Origin: Curvularia clavata
Lineage: Eukaryota
Reading direction: 5' to 3'
Length of the DNA stretch: 64,000 nucleotides
NCBI GenBank assembly: GCA_023920165.1
Contig: CP089274.1
Location: 558,001-622,000, forward strand
Each line of letters opens with the position of its first letter. Position 1 is the stretch's first letter. The position numbers and the translations under genes are program-made. Below are positions 24,521 through 35,331 of this stretch, one piece after another. The notes below the pieces were generated by a model, which was not told where the DNA came from, made no database searches, and saw nothing but the letters and a program-made list of their open reading frames with translations.

Positions 24521-25750
24521 TTAGCACGCTGGTTGATGTAACACTGCTGACTCTGGAATGACTGGACCCACGGTCATCCTTGTAGTATCTGCCTGATGGC
24601 ACGCATCCTCTATCCTCATCTGAAGCTTCAATTCCTCCTGGAGCCAAAATGCTGATTCACACGCCTGCAAGATCTGCACTTCTTGCGTCCGCATCAAATC
24701 TTCCGCAGATGGGGTAGACAACTGATCAGGACCCGCTCGACCAAGACTACCTATGCGGTCGGGACACGGAAACAGCTCTGTCCGACACGCAGGACAAGTA
24801 TGGCTGTTGCCCTGGCATGCGTGAAACCAAGCATGTAAACACTCCTTACAGAAGCCATGGTTGCACGGAATCGTCAGCACCATCTGTGCATCCTCGCTGG
24901 AGTAACAAATCCCACATTCCAGCATGCTTCCTTCAGCAACTACAGGTCTTGATACATCACCCACTGCAACAATACCGCTTCCTCTTCTTTGTTCCACGCC
25001 GCGCATCCCAGCAACCGCCGAAGAAGGGCTGTATCGCATTACTCTCAGCCTCAACCGCACCAAATCCAAAAAAGGCTGTAGACACAACAAAACATCGTAA
25101 TCTTCAGGCAGGCCCAGCCGCATTTTAGCCAGGATAATTTCTTCCTTCACTTTCTCGACCGACTGACCCTCCAACCTCGCCCGGTACATCAAAAGCCTCG
25201 AATAGTAATTCAGCACCGAGCTCTCCGCCACCGAGCGCTCCCAGCCACTCAGCTCGTCATGTGCACGCAAAATACCATGGAGATTTGTTTCAAACTCGCT
25301 TAGCAGCTCCCTGACTATTTCCACTGCGTTCTGGATTCTCGTCGTGTGCATGTCTAGCGGCAGGCAGTGGTGTGCATCGAGGTAAGTAAGAAAGTCTGTC
25401 TGGAACTCGCAGACGCGGAAAATACGGGTTGTGGGGACATTGGTGCGCATCCATGGGATGCGGGCGACGTCGCTGATTAGACTCCATAGACTATTGTCGA
25501 CATCGTCGTGGGTGGGTTCGGTTGAGGGCGTGTGGTAAGGGGGTGAAGGGGTTCGTTGGACTGTGGGCTGCGGGCGGTAGCTCAATCGGGAGCTGGAGGG
25601 CGCGCCAATTCCCAGGAGTGGAGAGAGAGCTTCTTTGGTGCGTTTGTCTGAACGGCTTGTTTGAAGGTGTGCGTCGGCGCGTTCGAGGATGCTGTCGATT
25701 AGGTCGGTTGATTTGGCATGTGGCGATGTTAGATTCACAGGGGAGGACAT
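24521..25750 (-). CDS. RING-finger (C3HC4-type) protein, putative E3 ubiquitin ligase
   Basis: CGIC-x11-CNHGFCKEC-x12-CPAC near the C-terminus of an intronless ORF. The start may be the upstream ATG at 25801. Confidence 0.8.
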   Translation of the reverse strand: MSSPVNLTSPHAKSTDLIDSILERADAHLQTSRSDKRTKEALSPLLGIGAPSSSRLSYRPQPTVQRTPSPPYHTPSTEPTHDDVDNSLWSLISDVARIPWMRTNVPTTRIFRVCEFQTDFLTYLDAHHCLPLDMHTTRIQNAVEIVRELLSEFETNLHGILRAHDELSGWERSVAESSVLNYYSRLLMYRARLEGQSVEKVKEEIILAKMRLGLPEDYDVLLCLQPFLDLVRLRLRVMRYSPSSAVAGMRGVEQRRGSGIVAVGDVSRPVVAEGSMLECGICYSSEDAQMVLTIPCNHGFCKECLHAWFHACQGNSHTCPACRTELFPCPDRIGSLGRAGPDQLSTPSAEDLMRTQEVQILQACESAFWLQEELKLQMRIEDACHQADTTRMTVGPVIPESAVLHQPAC

Positions 25751-27143
25751 TATGACTAGGGTATTTTTCCTGGTGATTTTAGTTGAAATGAATAATGGCA
25801 TGAGGTTGGTAGATGTATTTCATGCTTAATTGAAAGGAGCTCTGCGAGTATGCTTGACGATTTTGCAGTTTCACTGGCGTGTTTTGCGACCTCACGCGTT
25901 GTGAACATGTATTCTTTGAATCAGGGTGTGCGCATCTCCGTCTATGTAAAGCGCTGTATTTTGTCGCGTACACAGTGTGATGATCACTTTGTGGGCGTTA
26001 CTGATACAATGCAAAGCAAGCTTGAAATTTCGTTTTTGTCCTGTGATAACAAAGGCAATAAAGAACTCCGTTGCGAACATGTGATAACGCATGACATCAA
26101 AGTCTGATTGCGAGTGAACACCTCTTAATATTGCCTAAATGACTCAAATGCGGGATTTCAGGCTACAGAAATAGCAAATTGCAGCTGCAAACTAATCTTC
26201 AAGGGAGATAGCCTGGGGAGGTCCTTGTCCACCGAGGAGATATATGATCCTGGAGACAGTCTAGGTTTACTTCTGAATGAGAACGTTGCAACACTCGCCT
26301 ATGAACCATCTTGGCAGTGTACCTGTAGTTAGCAGCGACCAATAGTTTGGATCTAATTTCAATCCAGAGCGACGATATTGACTTGGTGAGTGAGAGATCT
26401 CAAATACTGCTGATGCGTCTGAGACAATGTTTTTGCTAAGCTATGAGATATTGCTCCAGTATCGGATCACTATTGCTGAGAGCATCAAGTACATGGCCAA
26501 GATCCTCCTAAACCTCCCACTTGGAAGGGAAGCCAGTGAGGACAAGACTGCAAGCAATGGCTATCAAGGATGGACGGATTTTATTGTTGCCACTCGTCGT
26601 GGTCAACGCTCATAAGTTCTTCCCTGATACAGATCGAGATTTATTTGTTCTATCCTAGATAGAATTGATTGTCTTAAATCATCAGTTGAACTTCTATAAC
26701 TCTTTTCCATCAGAATCACCCGATAATCGCACGGCGTATCGCTGAACAGCTACTTCGCTCTAACCCGGATGAAGTACTAGAGTAGTATAGCCTAACCCCG
26801 TGTAACAAAATTACTCCAGGCATAGCTACGCAGCACGCAGCTGAAACCGAGTAGGAGTCAATAAATAGATAAATCAATAAGGCGCCTGGTAAGCATGATA
26901 TTCCGAAAAGTTGTCGCGCGAACAAGGGAAACGACGACTACCAAGTCCCCAATCGTAACTCTAGGGCCCCACGCCAGCCCCCAAGCCATCGCAAATATGT
27001 AGAGGTTGAGGGCGTAAACATATATTGTCTAACTAGCTAGTGCTGCCTTACCGTGTTTTCCTCTATCTTAGGAAGGACTTTCGCCGAAGCTATATAATCA
27101 TATTGGCGCCTCACCGCGATAGATCTCGTTGGATACGCTGACG

Positions 27144-28475
27144 TTAATTAGCGTTAGCCCCGTACTCAAGCAGTAGCTCGATCACCCGCTTGCGTTCTCT
27201 AGACGAAGCCGCCTGCAGTGCGCTGCCGTAGGGACCTCCCTGCGTGTTCACCTCTGCACCTTTGTCAAGCAGTATCTTGACTATCTGCTCGTGTCCTTCT
27301 GCCGAGGCTGCCTGCAGTGCGGTGTTGTATATACCTCCCTGTGAATTAACGTTCACATCTGTGTTAAGCAGCATTTTGACTACCTGCATGTAGCCCTTAG
27401 CTGAGGCTGCCTGTAGTGCATTGCCGTACTCTCCACCCTGCGCGCTAACATCAGCGCCTTTATCAAGTAGTATCTTAACTATTTGCTCATAACCTCCGCT
27501 TGATGCTGCATGTAATGCGCTGCTAAAGTATCCACCATGCGCATTAACGTCAGCGCCTTGGTTAAGCAGCATCTCGACTATTTGCACGCGCCCTCCTGCA
27601 GAAGCTGCCTGCAGTACGCAGCCATAGAAACCACCCTGCACATTGACCTTGGCCCCATGGTCAAGCAGTATCTTAACTATCTGCTCGTGGCTCCCACGTG
27701 ATGCTGCCTGCAGTGCGTTGCCATAGAATCCGCCTTGCGCATTAACGTCCGCGCCTTTGTCAAGCAGTATATTGACTATCTGCTCGTGTCCTTCTGCTGA
27801 AGCTGCTTGCAGTGCATTGCCGTACTCTCCATCTTGCGTATTAGCGTCAGCGCCATTGCTAAGTAGTACCTTAACGATCTGCTCGTGTCCTTCTACCGAC
27901 GCTGCCTGTAGTGCATTGCCGTACTTTCCGCCCTCCGCGCTAACATCAGCGCCTTCGTTAAGTAGTATCTTGACTATCTGCTTATAGCCTTTACTTGATG
28001 CTGCATACAGTGCGTTGCCATAGAATCCGCCTTGCGTATTAACGTCGGCGCCTTTGTCAAGCAACATCTTGACCACCGACTCGTGTCCTTCTGAACAGGC
28101 GGCCTGTAGCGCGTTGGCGTTTGCGCCCTTGGTTATTTTGAAGTTGACATTGGCCCCTTCACTCAAGAGACGATCTGCAATGCTTCTATAGCCTGCCTCA
28201 GCTGCTAATACGAATGCTTCATCCAATCGCCTCATCGAAGGGTCAATCCATGCTCTTTTCTCTAGCAGCTTGCACACTGTGCTTTCTTTCCCATGCTTAG
28301 CTGCCCACAGCAGCGCAGAGTCGTTCGAGCATTGTATGTTGTGGTTGTAGAGGAGCGGGTTCGTAAGCTGGTAGAGGAGACGATTGGTTCGCGCAAATGC
28401 GTTCAGATCGCTCTCTGAGTGCAGATTTTGGGCTACCTCGCAGAGAAGCTCGCGAGACAAATCGAGCAGTGTCAT
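27144..28475 (-). CDS. F-box-like N-terminus plus about 12 ankyrin repeats
   Basis: MTLLDLSRELLCEVAQNL..SDLNAFARTNRLLY..TNPLLY has the F-box-like pattern common in fungal ankyrin proteins. It is followed by 33-aa repeats GADVNAQGGxYGNALQAASxxGHEQIVKILL. Confidence 0.85.
   Translation of the reverse strand: MTLLDLSRELLCEVAQNLHSESDLNAFARTNRLLYQLTNPLLYNHNIQCSNDSALLWAAKHGKESTVCKLLEKRAWIDPSMRRLDEAFVLAAEAGYRSIADRLLSEGANVNFKITKGANANALQAACSEGHESVVKMLLDKGADVNTQGGFYGNALYAASSKGYKQIVKILLNEGADVSAEGGKYGNALQAASVEGHEQIVKVLLSNGADANTQDGEYGNALQAASAEGHEQIVNILLDKGADVNAQGGFYGNALQAASRGSHEQIVKILLDHGAKVNVQGGFYGCVLQAASAGGRVQIVEMLLNQGADVNAHGGYFSSALHAASSGGYEQIVKILLDKGADVSAQGGEYGNALQAASAKGYMQVVKMLLNTDVNVNSQGGIYNTALQAASAEGHEQIVKILLDKGAEVNTQGGPYGSALQAASSRERKRVIELLLEYGANAN
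27150..28150 (-). repeat. Ten highly similar 99-bp tandem ankyrin-coding repeats
   Basis: The ALQAA-coding block recurs at about 27213, 27312, 27411, 27510, 27609, 27708, 27807, 27906, 28005 and 28104 (99-nt period). Confidence 0.9.
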
Positions 28476-29625
28476 GACGGATGCTTTACTTCGCTTAGGG
28501 CCAGAGCACACAGATTAGGTTGAATTCGAGGGAGTAGTATAGTTTGCTTGATAAAATTATGTATGCAACCACGAAGCGACTAGGATATTATAGCTAGACG
28601 TGAGCAGAAGCCAACGGATCGGCTAATTGATACAACTGTACTCCGTAGGCAACGGGTGGTACAGCTCAGGTCATGCAACCTAGAGAGATCAACCTCGTAA
28701 GGCGGCGACAAGGTTCCGAGTCAATTACGAGCATCCGTCAGGGGCGACCGCTCGCTTACCCATGCCCTAAAGGCTCGCTTACCAGAGAATAAGTCACGTG
28801 GGTTCTATATGTACCACAGAGTTCTACGAAGTACCACGCGCGGAATGTTGATGAACAACGTGGAACAATAGAACACATCTCAAATATACATCAATAGTCA
28901 TTGAAGCCTTATTGTTCATTATGTTCAACTTAAGTTAATAAAAGAATTAGCTACCTAATTAGAAACTCAGTGACGCACTTCTGATTAGTAGCTACACGTT
29001 CACAACACCCTGTCACTCGTCCGCGAAAACCAACTCTTCGAGCCTCAATACCAGGAGCTTTATATCGCTCCCAATTGAGACTAGCTTTGAAGCGAAGCTG
29101 AGCATCTGGCCGTAGAGGTATATAGAACGTTGTAGGCATGCGCCATAGCTATTCTTAGGGGTAATATGAATAGCGTCGAATTTGTTACGATTGTGTACGG
29201 CGACATCTAAGCACGCTACTGCAGGCCGCCTGCATGCTAAGTACTACTAACAGCGCACGTCCTGTGGGACTCGTTTTAATGATCTTGCCGTCTGCGCGTA
29301 GAAATTGCCGAGATATACACTTATTACTCTAAGTCGACTTTAAAAGAATGCTGTCTTGATCTGTGCTATCTTTGCTATTTTTGCTTTCTTTTTAGCCCAC
29401 CGAGCTGTATAGAAATCCATGCCGTCGCGAACAAACAAGGGGTATTAGTGGAGAGTCAATAGACGGCACTGACAGAACGAGCGACAGCGTGGTCAACAAC
29501 ACGCCTCTCAGCGTCGGAGGCCAATCCTCTAGAAGAAAAAGAGCTATAGAATGGATACGCACTAAGTTTGTCTATCTTTGAGTACGTGACAGGCAACCCA
29601 GGCATCCGGAAGAAAAGGTGTTTCG

Positions 29626-30930
29626 TCACACCGTGCGTCCCGGCGCGTAGGGGCGGACGTTACCTTGTAAGAAAGGGTCAAATATGGTGAGCAGGGGAGC
29701 TGCTAGGAGGACGATAGGGACGACCTGGGCGAAAGACCAATCGCTCGAACTACCGTCGTCTATCTGAGCTTTTTGCAGCAACCTGATGAGACCCCAAGTA
29801 AAGCTTCCTTCAAAATTATCTGTTTTCGAGATTAGCATCAATTGCTCAAAGCCAGGTGCTCTATACCTCGATGAAAATGGAGTTCCAAAGATCTAACAAG
29901 GCTCGAAGAGTGAGGAACAGCGCTAGCAACGGTCGATAAAGAAACAAACGCTTCCATGTCAACCCTGCCGCTTCTAAACCTATTTTGGTGTAAGTTCGAA
30001 GAAGGCGGTCACAGGCCTATTCACTCAAGAAATATTTTACGCGGCCAACGATGGAAATAGATAGGGATTTGTGCAGCCGGATAGCTCTATCATTGGAAAC
30101 TAAGGTCAACAGAACAGTGGAGATCTCCTATGTCGAAAAAGTCAAGTACTCATTGTTTCCAGAGGGTCGGAAGTATTAAATCACATAGCCGTGCGGCGCA
30201 GGAGTTGGACAGTGACCATAGTAACCGCTCTTTCAGTTGTAGCCGCCCGTTGGTACCATCGCGACGAGCAGCATTATCAACATCAGACCCTTGGCAATCA
30301 GCGTCCAAATACGCTCTGCGGACTTATTATGCAAGTAGTTACGAAGGAATGTTAGGCGACAAAGGTGAGTAATGCTCGAGAACCAAGCCAACAAGACGAT
30401 GATCTGCCAGTGAAATGTCGAAAGGCCACAGCATAGCTGCACATAGCCACTAATAAGGGTGATATACCTGTGAGGATTTGGATGTCGCTCATTGTCTGCA
30501 CACGATATGTAATCTTAGCGAAAACATGGCGCGACATAGGATACCTAGCCCACCTTGACGAATACTGCTTCACAATGAGGGTATACCTTCACGTTCGGTG
30601 CATTTGTGCTCGAGTTTCGCCGTGATTGAAGCTTGTGCAAAAATTCAAGAAACGCTCCGTCTATTGGATTTGGTGATTGGTTAGGAGATGCAGGCTCGTC
30701 CTCTTTATGGAACGTATCCTTTTTCGGCCATGCGCAAGGTAATAATGCAACACTAGGATCAAAACAACTATTCCAGCAGTAACTGTATGTCCAACCAGAA
30801 CCTGAAGATTGTTAGATGCGACTGCTGTGATCTTCACTTTTGCAAAGACTTACACCAATTCGAGAAATATCAGAATACGGATATAGACTCTCGGGAGGCT
30901 GCGTACAATCGTAGTAACAGCTGCATTGGA
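29626..30930 (-). pseudogene. Decayed gene of an uncharacterised fungal multi-pass membrane protein family
   Basis: Fragments in shifting frames with stops: PYSDISRIG|VLVG (intron donor about 30853), PNPID, MSDIQILTGIS, FHWQIIVLLAWFSSITHL, SFTWGLIRL, WSFAQVVPIVLLAAPL. This matches the motif order of a widespread fungal PDISGIGV...WSFGQ membrane family (recalled knowledge). Confidence 0.7.
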
Positions 30931-31770
30931 CCCCCATGTCGCCGAAAATGGGTTCTTAGATGCTATGTTGAGGATATCTACCTTCAAAACGACTCCAACT
31001 AGAAGCGGGGGCCCGCGAGGCTGTGAGTTGTGTTTCGCAATACATATCTGTCGCTACACCTTCAGCCGCACGCAACCATATGACAACCCCATCGGTCTAT
31101 ACTTATTGAGGCGTCAGTCCTGCAGTGGTAATTGATGTTTGGTGAAATGCAGGCTGATGAGCTTGCTGCATGCTGTGTCACTTCTGCAGCAGGGATTTTG
31201 ACATTTCGAAGCTTAGTACAAGAGCAATCTAGGTTTCAGCGACAGCGAGTAGTGATAGTAATCGGCGCTTAAGCGCTCAATGTAGCGTATTCTAGTGATT
31301 CTGAGTGAACTACAGTCGTAACGTAAGAGGTTGTTCGGCTTCGACAGCGATTGGATACCTACTTAGTGAATAGCGCTCTTAGCGTTCATAGCTGAGATGC
31401 CTATCTTTTACCGTCCGCTAAAAGAGGTATAGCCAATTACAAAAAGGCTATCAAAGCTTGGGTACTTCGTAACACTCTGTATCGCAATTCTTAAAGCCAG
31501 AAGAAATCAGCGGTCTTCTGCTAATAGTATTTGCTAGTGCTAGGGCTGTCGCTGTTGCGACACTGGGCAGGCCCTAGGTTTTCGTCCGGGCCTTCAGCGT
31601 CAAGCCAGCGCGACAGTACCAAGCCAAGCTCAATACACATCGATTTGGCAGCTGTAAATCTCCCGCCAGAATAGCCTCCGATAAAAAATAGCGTGATATT
31701 GAGCGTACTAATGACCGATCTCCATAATCTATCATAACACCCTGCAACAACCGAATCCTGTATGTATGCA

Positions 31771-32750
31771 TTATTTTCCTTTCCATGCATCTAGAACATC
31801 CTGAACTTTAAGAGGCTTAATCTCAGGAAACAAGTTGTTTTTGCACTTTGTCATATCCAAGTCAAAGCCACCTCCCAGATATGTCATTGCGATAGTTGAG
31901 AACATCGGAGCCCATTCTGGACTGGGTAACCATTTTTTCACGCTTGGTGGTAAGGTGACCTTCCCGGCCCGAATGTCCTCCAACTTGTCATAGTGAACTT
32001 CAAATTTCACCGCCTTTGTCTCCTCAGCACGCTCCAGAAATTGATTCAGATTGAGGCGATCGCCAGCAAAGAAAGTCGATTTGGGCCACTTGGGAATATC
32101 GATCATTGCAATAACAAAGCGTGCCGCATCCGCGCTATGAGTGAAGACCATAAAGGCTTCGCCATCGCCCGGTATTGCAGCGAAATTATGAGCTAGATCG
32201 ATGAACATAGAAGTACCCTTGCGGGGGTCCAACATGCTGGGTACATAAGGGTGTCCCCAGTAATCGAGAAACATGCCAATCGAGACGATACTGTACTCCA
32301 AGTCTGTCTTGGTGAGCGCTTCACGAGCCTTGAACTTGTAGGTATACGAGGGCACATGTTGGATAGACCTAGATACTTAGGTCAGAAATTGCATTTTATC
32401 CAAGAGATTCTGGGCAGAGCACTGTACTCTTCCTTATAGTCGGCGCCGAATTCGCTGGGAAGGAACCGTTTTACACACCCAGCAACGGCACATGCCTCGA
32501 TTAAGTTTAATTGCGCCTGTCCGCTCGCTTCGTCTCCAACAGAGATGGCAGATATCACAGTATGGATGGACTGGGCCCTCAAGGCCTCGGCAAGACTAGA
32601 GGTTGAGGTATAATCAACTACTATGGCTTTGGGGTTGTCGCTGCGTGTCCTAGTGAAGATGACATATTCGTGCGAATCCTGGGCTTTTAGAGCGTTCTGG
32701 AAGGCCAAGCCAATACCAGATGTGCCACCGGCGAGTGCGATCTTAACCAT
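31771..32750 (-). CDS. NmrA-like / isoflavone-reductase-like NAD(P)-binding oxidoreductase
   Basis: MVKIALAGGTSGIG Rossmann motif and VKRFLPSEFG. One intron (GTACAG...CTGAC...TAG, about 32427-32370) restores the frame into SIQHVPSYTYK...GMFLDYWG...FTHSADAARFV. Confidence 0.85.
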
Positions 32751-34119
32751 TTAGAAACGTTGTTGAATGGCTGGCTAGGGCGATACGGCGTAATACGAAT
32801 GGAACATAAGGAGTATCAAGTTTAAATAGTTCACTTAGTTGTTAGAAGGCCAGGAGACGGTAAGTGGGTGGTTCCGAGACCCGTAATTACGTATAAGCTA
32901 GCGAGGCCATCTCCCGTATCACTACTCCAATCCCAACTCAGAGTTCTCGCCGATATCCTAAGCGCGTTTACAAGCTAGTGGCGCGGATGTTCGGATATAT
33001 CGCACACCCGCTGACTATCACGTGAGCCACACAGGTTTTCTGAACACTATTGCTAACAGATTACCGCTAGGCCTCTTCTTTCTAGTACAAATGCAAATCT
33101 GTCCATAAAGCACAAGTGAGTGCCGCAATGCAGCCACCTTGTTAAGCGTACTATTATTTTCGGAATATAAGCTTTATGTATCACTCTACGTAGTACAAGT
33201 TGAGGAATTTTTAGATGGTTGCACCACACTCTGAGTAGACGTGGATGCAGGCCGAGGTAGGGATGTTAAGGATATAAGTTGTGAGATGTAGTATTACTAA
33301 CTCAACGAAGTTACGCTAAAGATATCAGGTATCTAAGATCCCAAATAGCCTAAATATATATTCCGAGAACATGCGAGCGGTGCGATCGTTGTTGGCGTTA
33401 TTGTGATATCTCTCACTTCGCAAAGGTTTGCCAAATTCCTGTTTATGGTAATGTTGGCACACGTCGCTCGGGTTTGTGAACGACAACAAGAACTCAACTA
33501 ATCGCAACATTTCTCTCTCTAGGACTAAACAGCAACGCGAGGTTTGTGAAAAAAAATACTAAATTGAGAAACGATGCATCTCATACACGTATTCCAGGAT
33601 ATTTCTATGTGCATGAGGTGTCACGGACGACAACGTCGATACTTATTTCCAGTTTCCGTCTTAGGTTTTTAAGCTGAGTTGGAGCAGAACGAAGTCGCTG
33701 GTCGGAGGTATTGGCTAAATCAACACCTTCCATAACGCGACGCATTTACTTGGTTAGGACTAGTTGACTGATGGGCATCAGTAATAGCAAGTCTCGCCGA
33801 AATGTGAGGATTTCTATATGTCATCTTCTCATGGGGTACTCTCAGCCGAGCAATTAGCCTCCCTCTATACTAGCGATGGTGTGTTTGTATTTGTTGTGCA
33901 TAGAACAGACATTGGTGTGGAGGCGGAAGTGGAAGTGAGGAGCAAGTGGGGTGGTTCTCCGCTTTTCGCGGTGGCATCCAGCGGGCGGAGTTGCCTTTTC
34001 AGCGGGCAGAATTGCCTTGTCTACGGCCCCTACCTATCTACAAATAACGACACAAGTGATTACTTGGCTTTTTAGTATCACAATATTCGAACAAGAATAC
34101 CTCTGAATCAAATCTCAAG

Positions 34120-35331
34120 ATGAACGGACATTCCGAGCTCAATGGCCACACCAACGATTTCCATCAGTCAGACATCAAGCCTCGGTTATATTCCATCAAC
34201 AAACCGCCACCACTAGAAGACTTCAGGAAACTAACAACAGAATCATCACCAATTAAATATCCCCTTGCGGCAGCAATTGAACGAAACGTGCCGATATACC
34301 ATCTGCCTGACTATTCATCGCTAAGCGCAGAGCAGCGTTCCGCTCTGCAAGATGAATGGTATCACATCTTGCTCTCTGGACCTGGTGTCTTCGTCACCAA
34401 GAATCTTTACAAAGAAGATTCTCTCATTGACAAAGTGAACGGGGCCTACTCAACGATAATCACTGAAGAAAAGAAACTGTCCGGTCAACGCGGCGACCAC
34501 TTCGCTGGCACTGGCGCCAATGATCGAATTTGGAACTCCTTGTCCAAACACTGTCTATCCGACGCAGATTCGTTCGTGAAATACTATTCCAATCCATGGC
34601 TACCAATCATCTCAGAGGCATGGCTAGGCCCGTATCACCGTTTGACCGCACAAGTCAATATTGTGAAACCCGGCGCCAAAGCGCAAATTTCACACCGAGA
34701 CTACCATATTGGATTTCAAGACAGCGAGTCATGTGCCAAGTTTCCCAAAGCAACGCAGATTGCATCGCAATTTCTCACTCTACAGGGTGCAGTCGCGCAC
34801 TCGGACATGCCATTAGAGAGTGGTCCTACACGTCTGCTACCCTTCAGCCAGAAGTTCGAACAAGGATACATGGCGTACCGCATACCTGAGTTCCAGGAGT
34901 ACTTCTTGCAGAACTACGTCTCGGTGCCTCTGAACAAAGGCGATGGTCTTTTCTTCAATCCCGCGCTTTTCCATGCTGCGGGTCAGAATGACTCTGCAGA
35001 CATCATGCGCTCAGCAAATTTGCTGCAGATTTCGTCGGCGTTTGGCAAACCAATGGAGTCAATTGATACATATCCACTTGTTGAACGTACCTGGGATAAG
35101 CTGGCGGACATGTACCAGAGGGACGGCCTCAGTGATGAAGTCAAGGCGTTTGTCAGTGTTGTTGCGGAAGGATATCCGTTCCCGACTAATCTTGACAAGC
35201 GGGTACCAGAGACTGCGGGTATGGCACCATCTAGCGAGCAGGATATGTTGAAGCAGGCCTTAAAAGATGGTGCTTCAAAAGAACATGTGTTGGATCAACT
35301 CCGGAAGATGAGGGAAGATTCAAAGGCATGA
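34120..35331 (+). CDS. Phytanoyl-CoA dioxygenase (PhyH) family Fe(II)/2-oxoglutarate dioxygenase
   Basis: Intronless 403-aa ORF with AQISHRDYH (HxD), SGPTRLLPFSQ and GDGLFFNPALFHAAG (distal His). Confidence 0.88.
   Translation: MNGHSELNGHTNDFHQSDIKPRLYSINKPPPLEDFRKLTTESSPIKYPLAAAIERNVPIYHLPDYSSLSAEQRSALQDEWYHILLSGPGVFVTKNLYKEDSLIDKVNGAYSTIITEEKKLSGQRGDHFAGTGANDRIWNSLSKHCLSDADSFVKYYSNPWLPIISEAWLGPYHRLTAQVNIVKPGAKAQISHRDYHIGFQDSESCAKFPKATQIASQFLTLQGAVAHSDMPLESGPTRLLPFSQKFEQGYMAYRIPEFQEYFLQNYVSVPLNKGDGLFFNPALFHAAGQNDSADIMRSANLLQISSAFGKPMESIDTYPLVERTWDKLADMYQRDGLSDEVKAFVSVVAEGYPFPTNLDKRVPETAGMAPSSEQDMLKQALKDGASKEHVLDQLRKMREDSKA

Noticed and set aside
27150..28150. Regular repeat array as a possible CRISPR array
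   Set aside because: The 99-bp units are in-frame ankyrin codons in a eukaryotic gene, with no spacer structure or cas genes.
18000..33800. Intact Starship or other autonomous mobile element
   Set aside because: No DUF3435 tyrosine recombinase, transposase or reverse transcriptase ORF, and no paired termini recognised.
31771..35331. NmrA-like reductase plus PhyH dioxygenase as a secondary-metabolite cluster
   Set aside because: No backbone enzyme (PKS, NRPS or terpene synthase), transporter or pathway regulator anywhere in the window.
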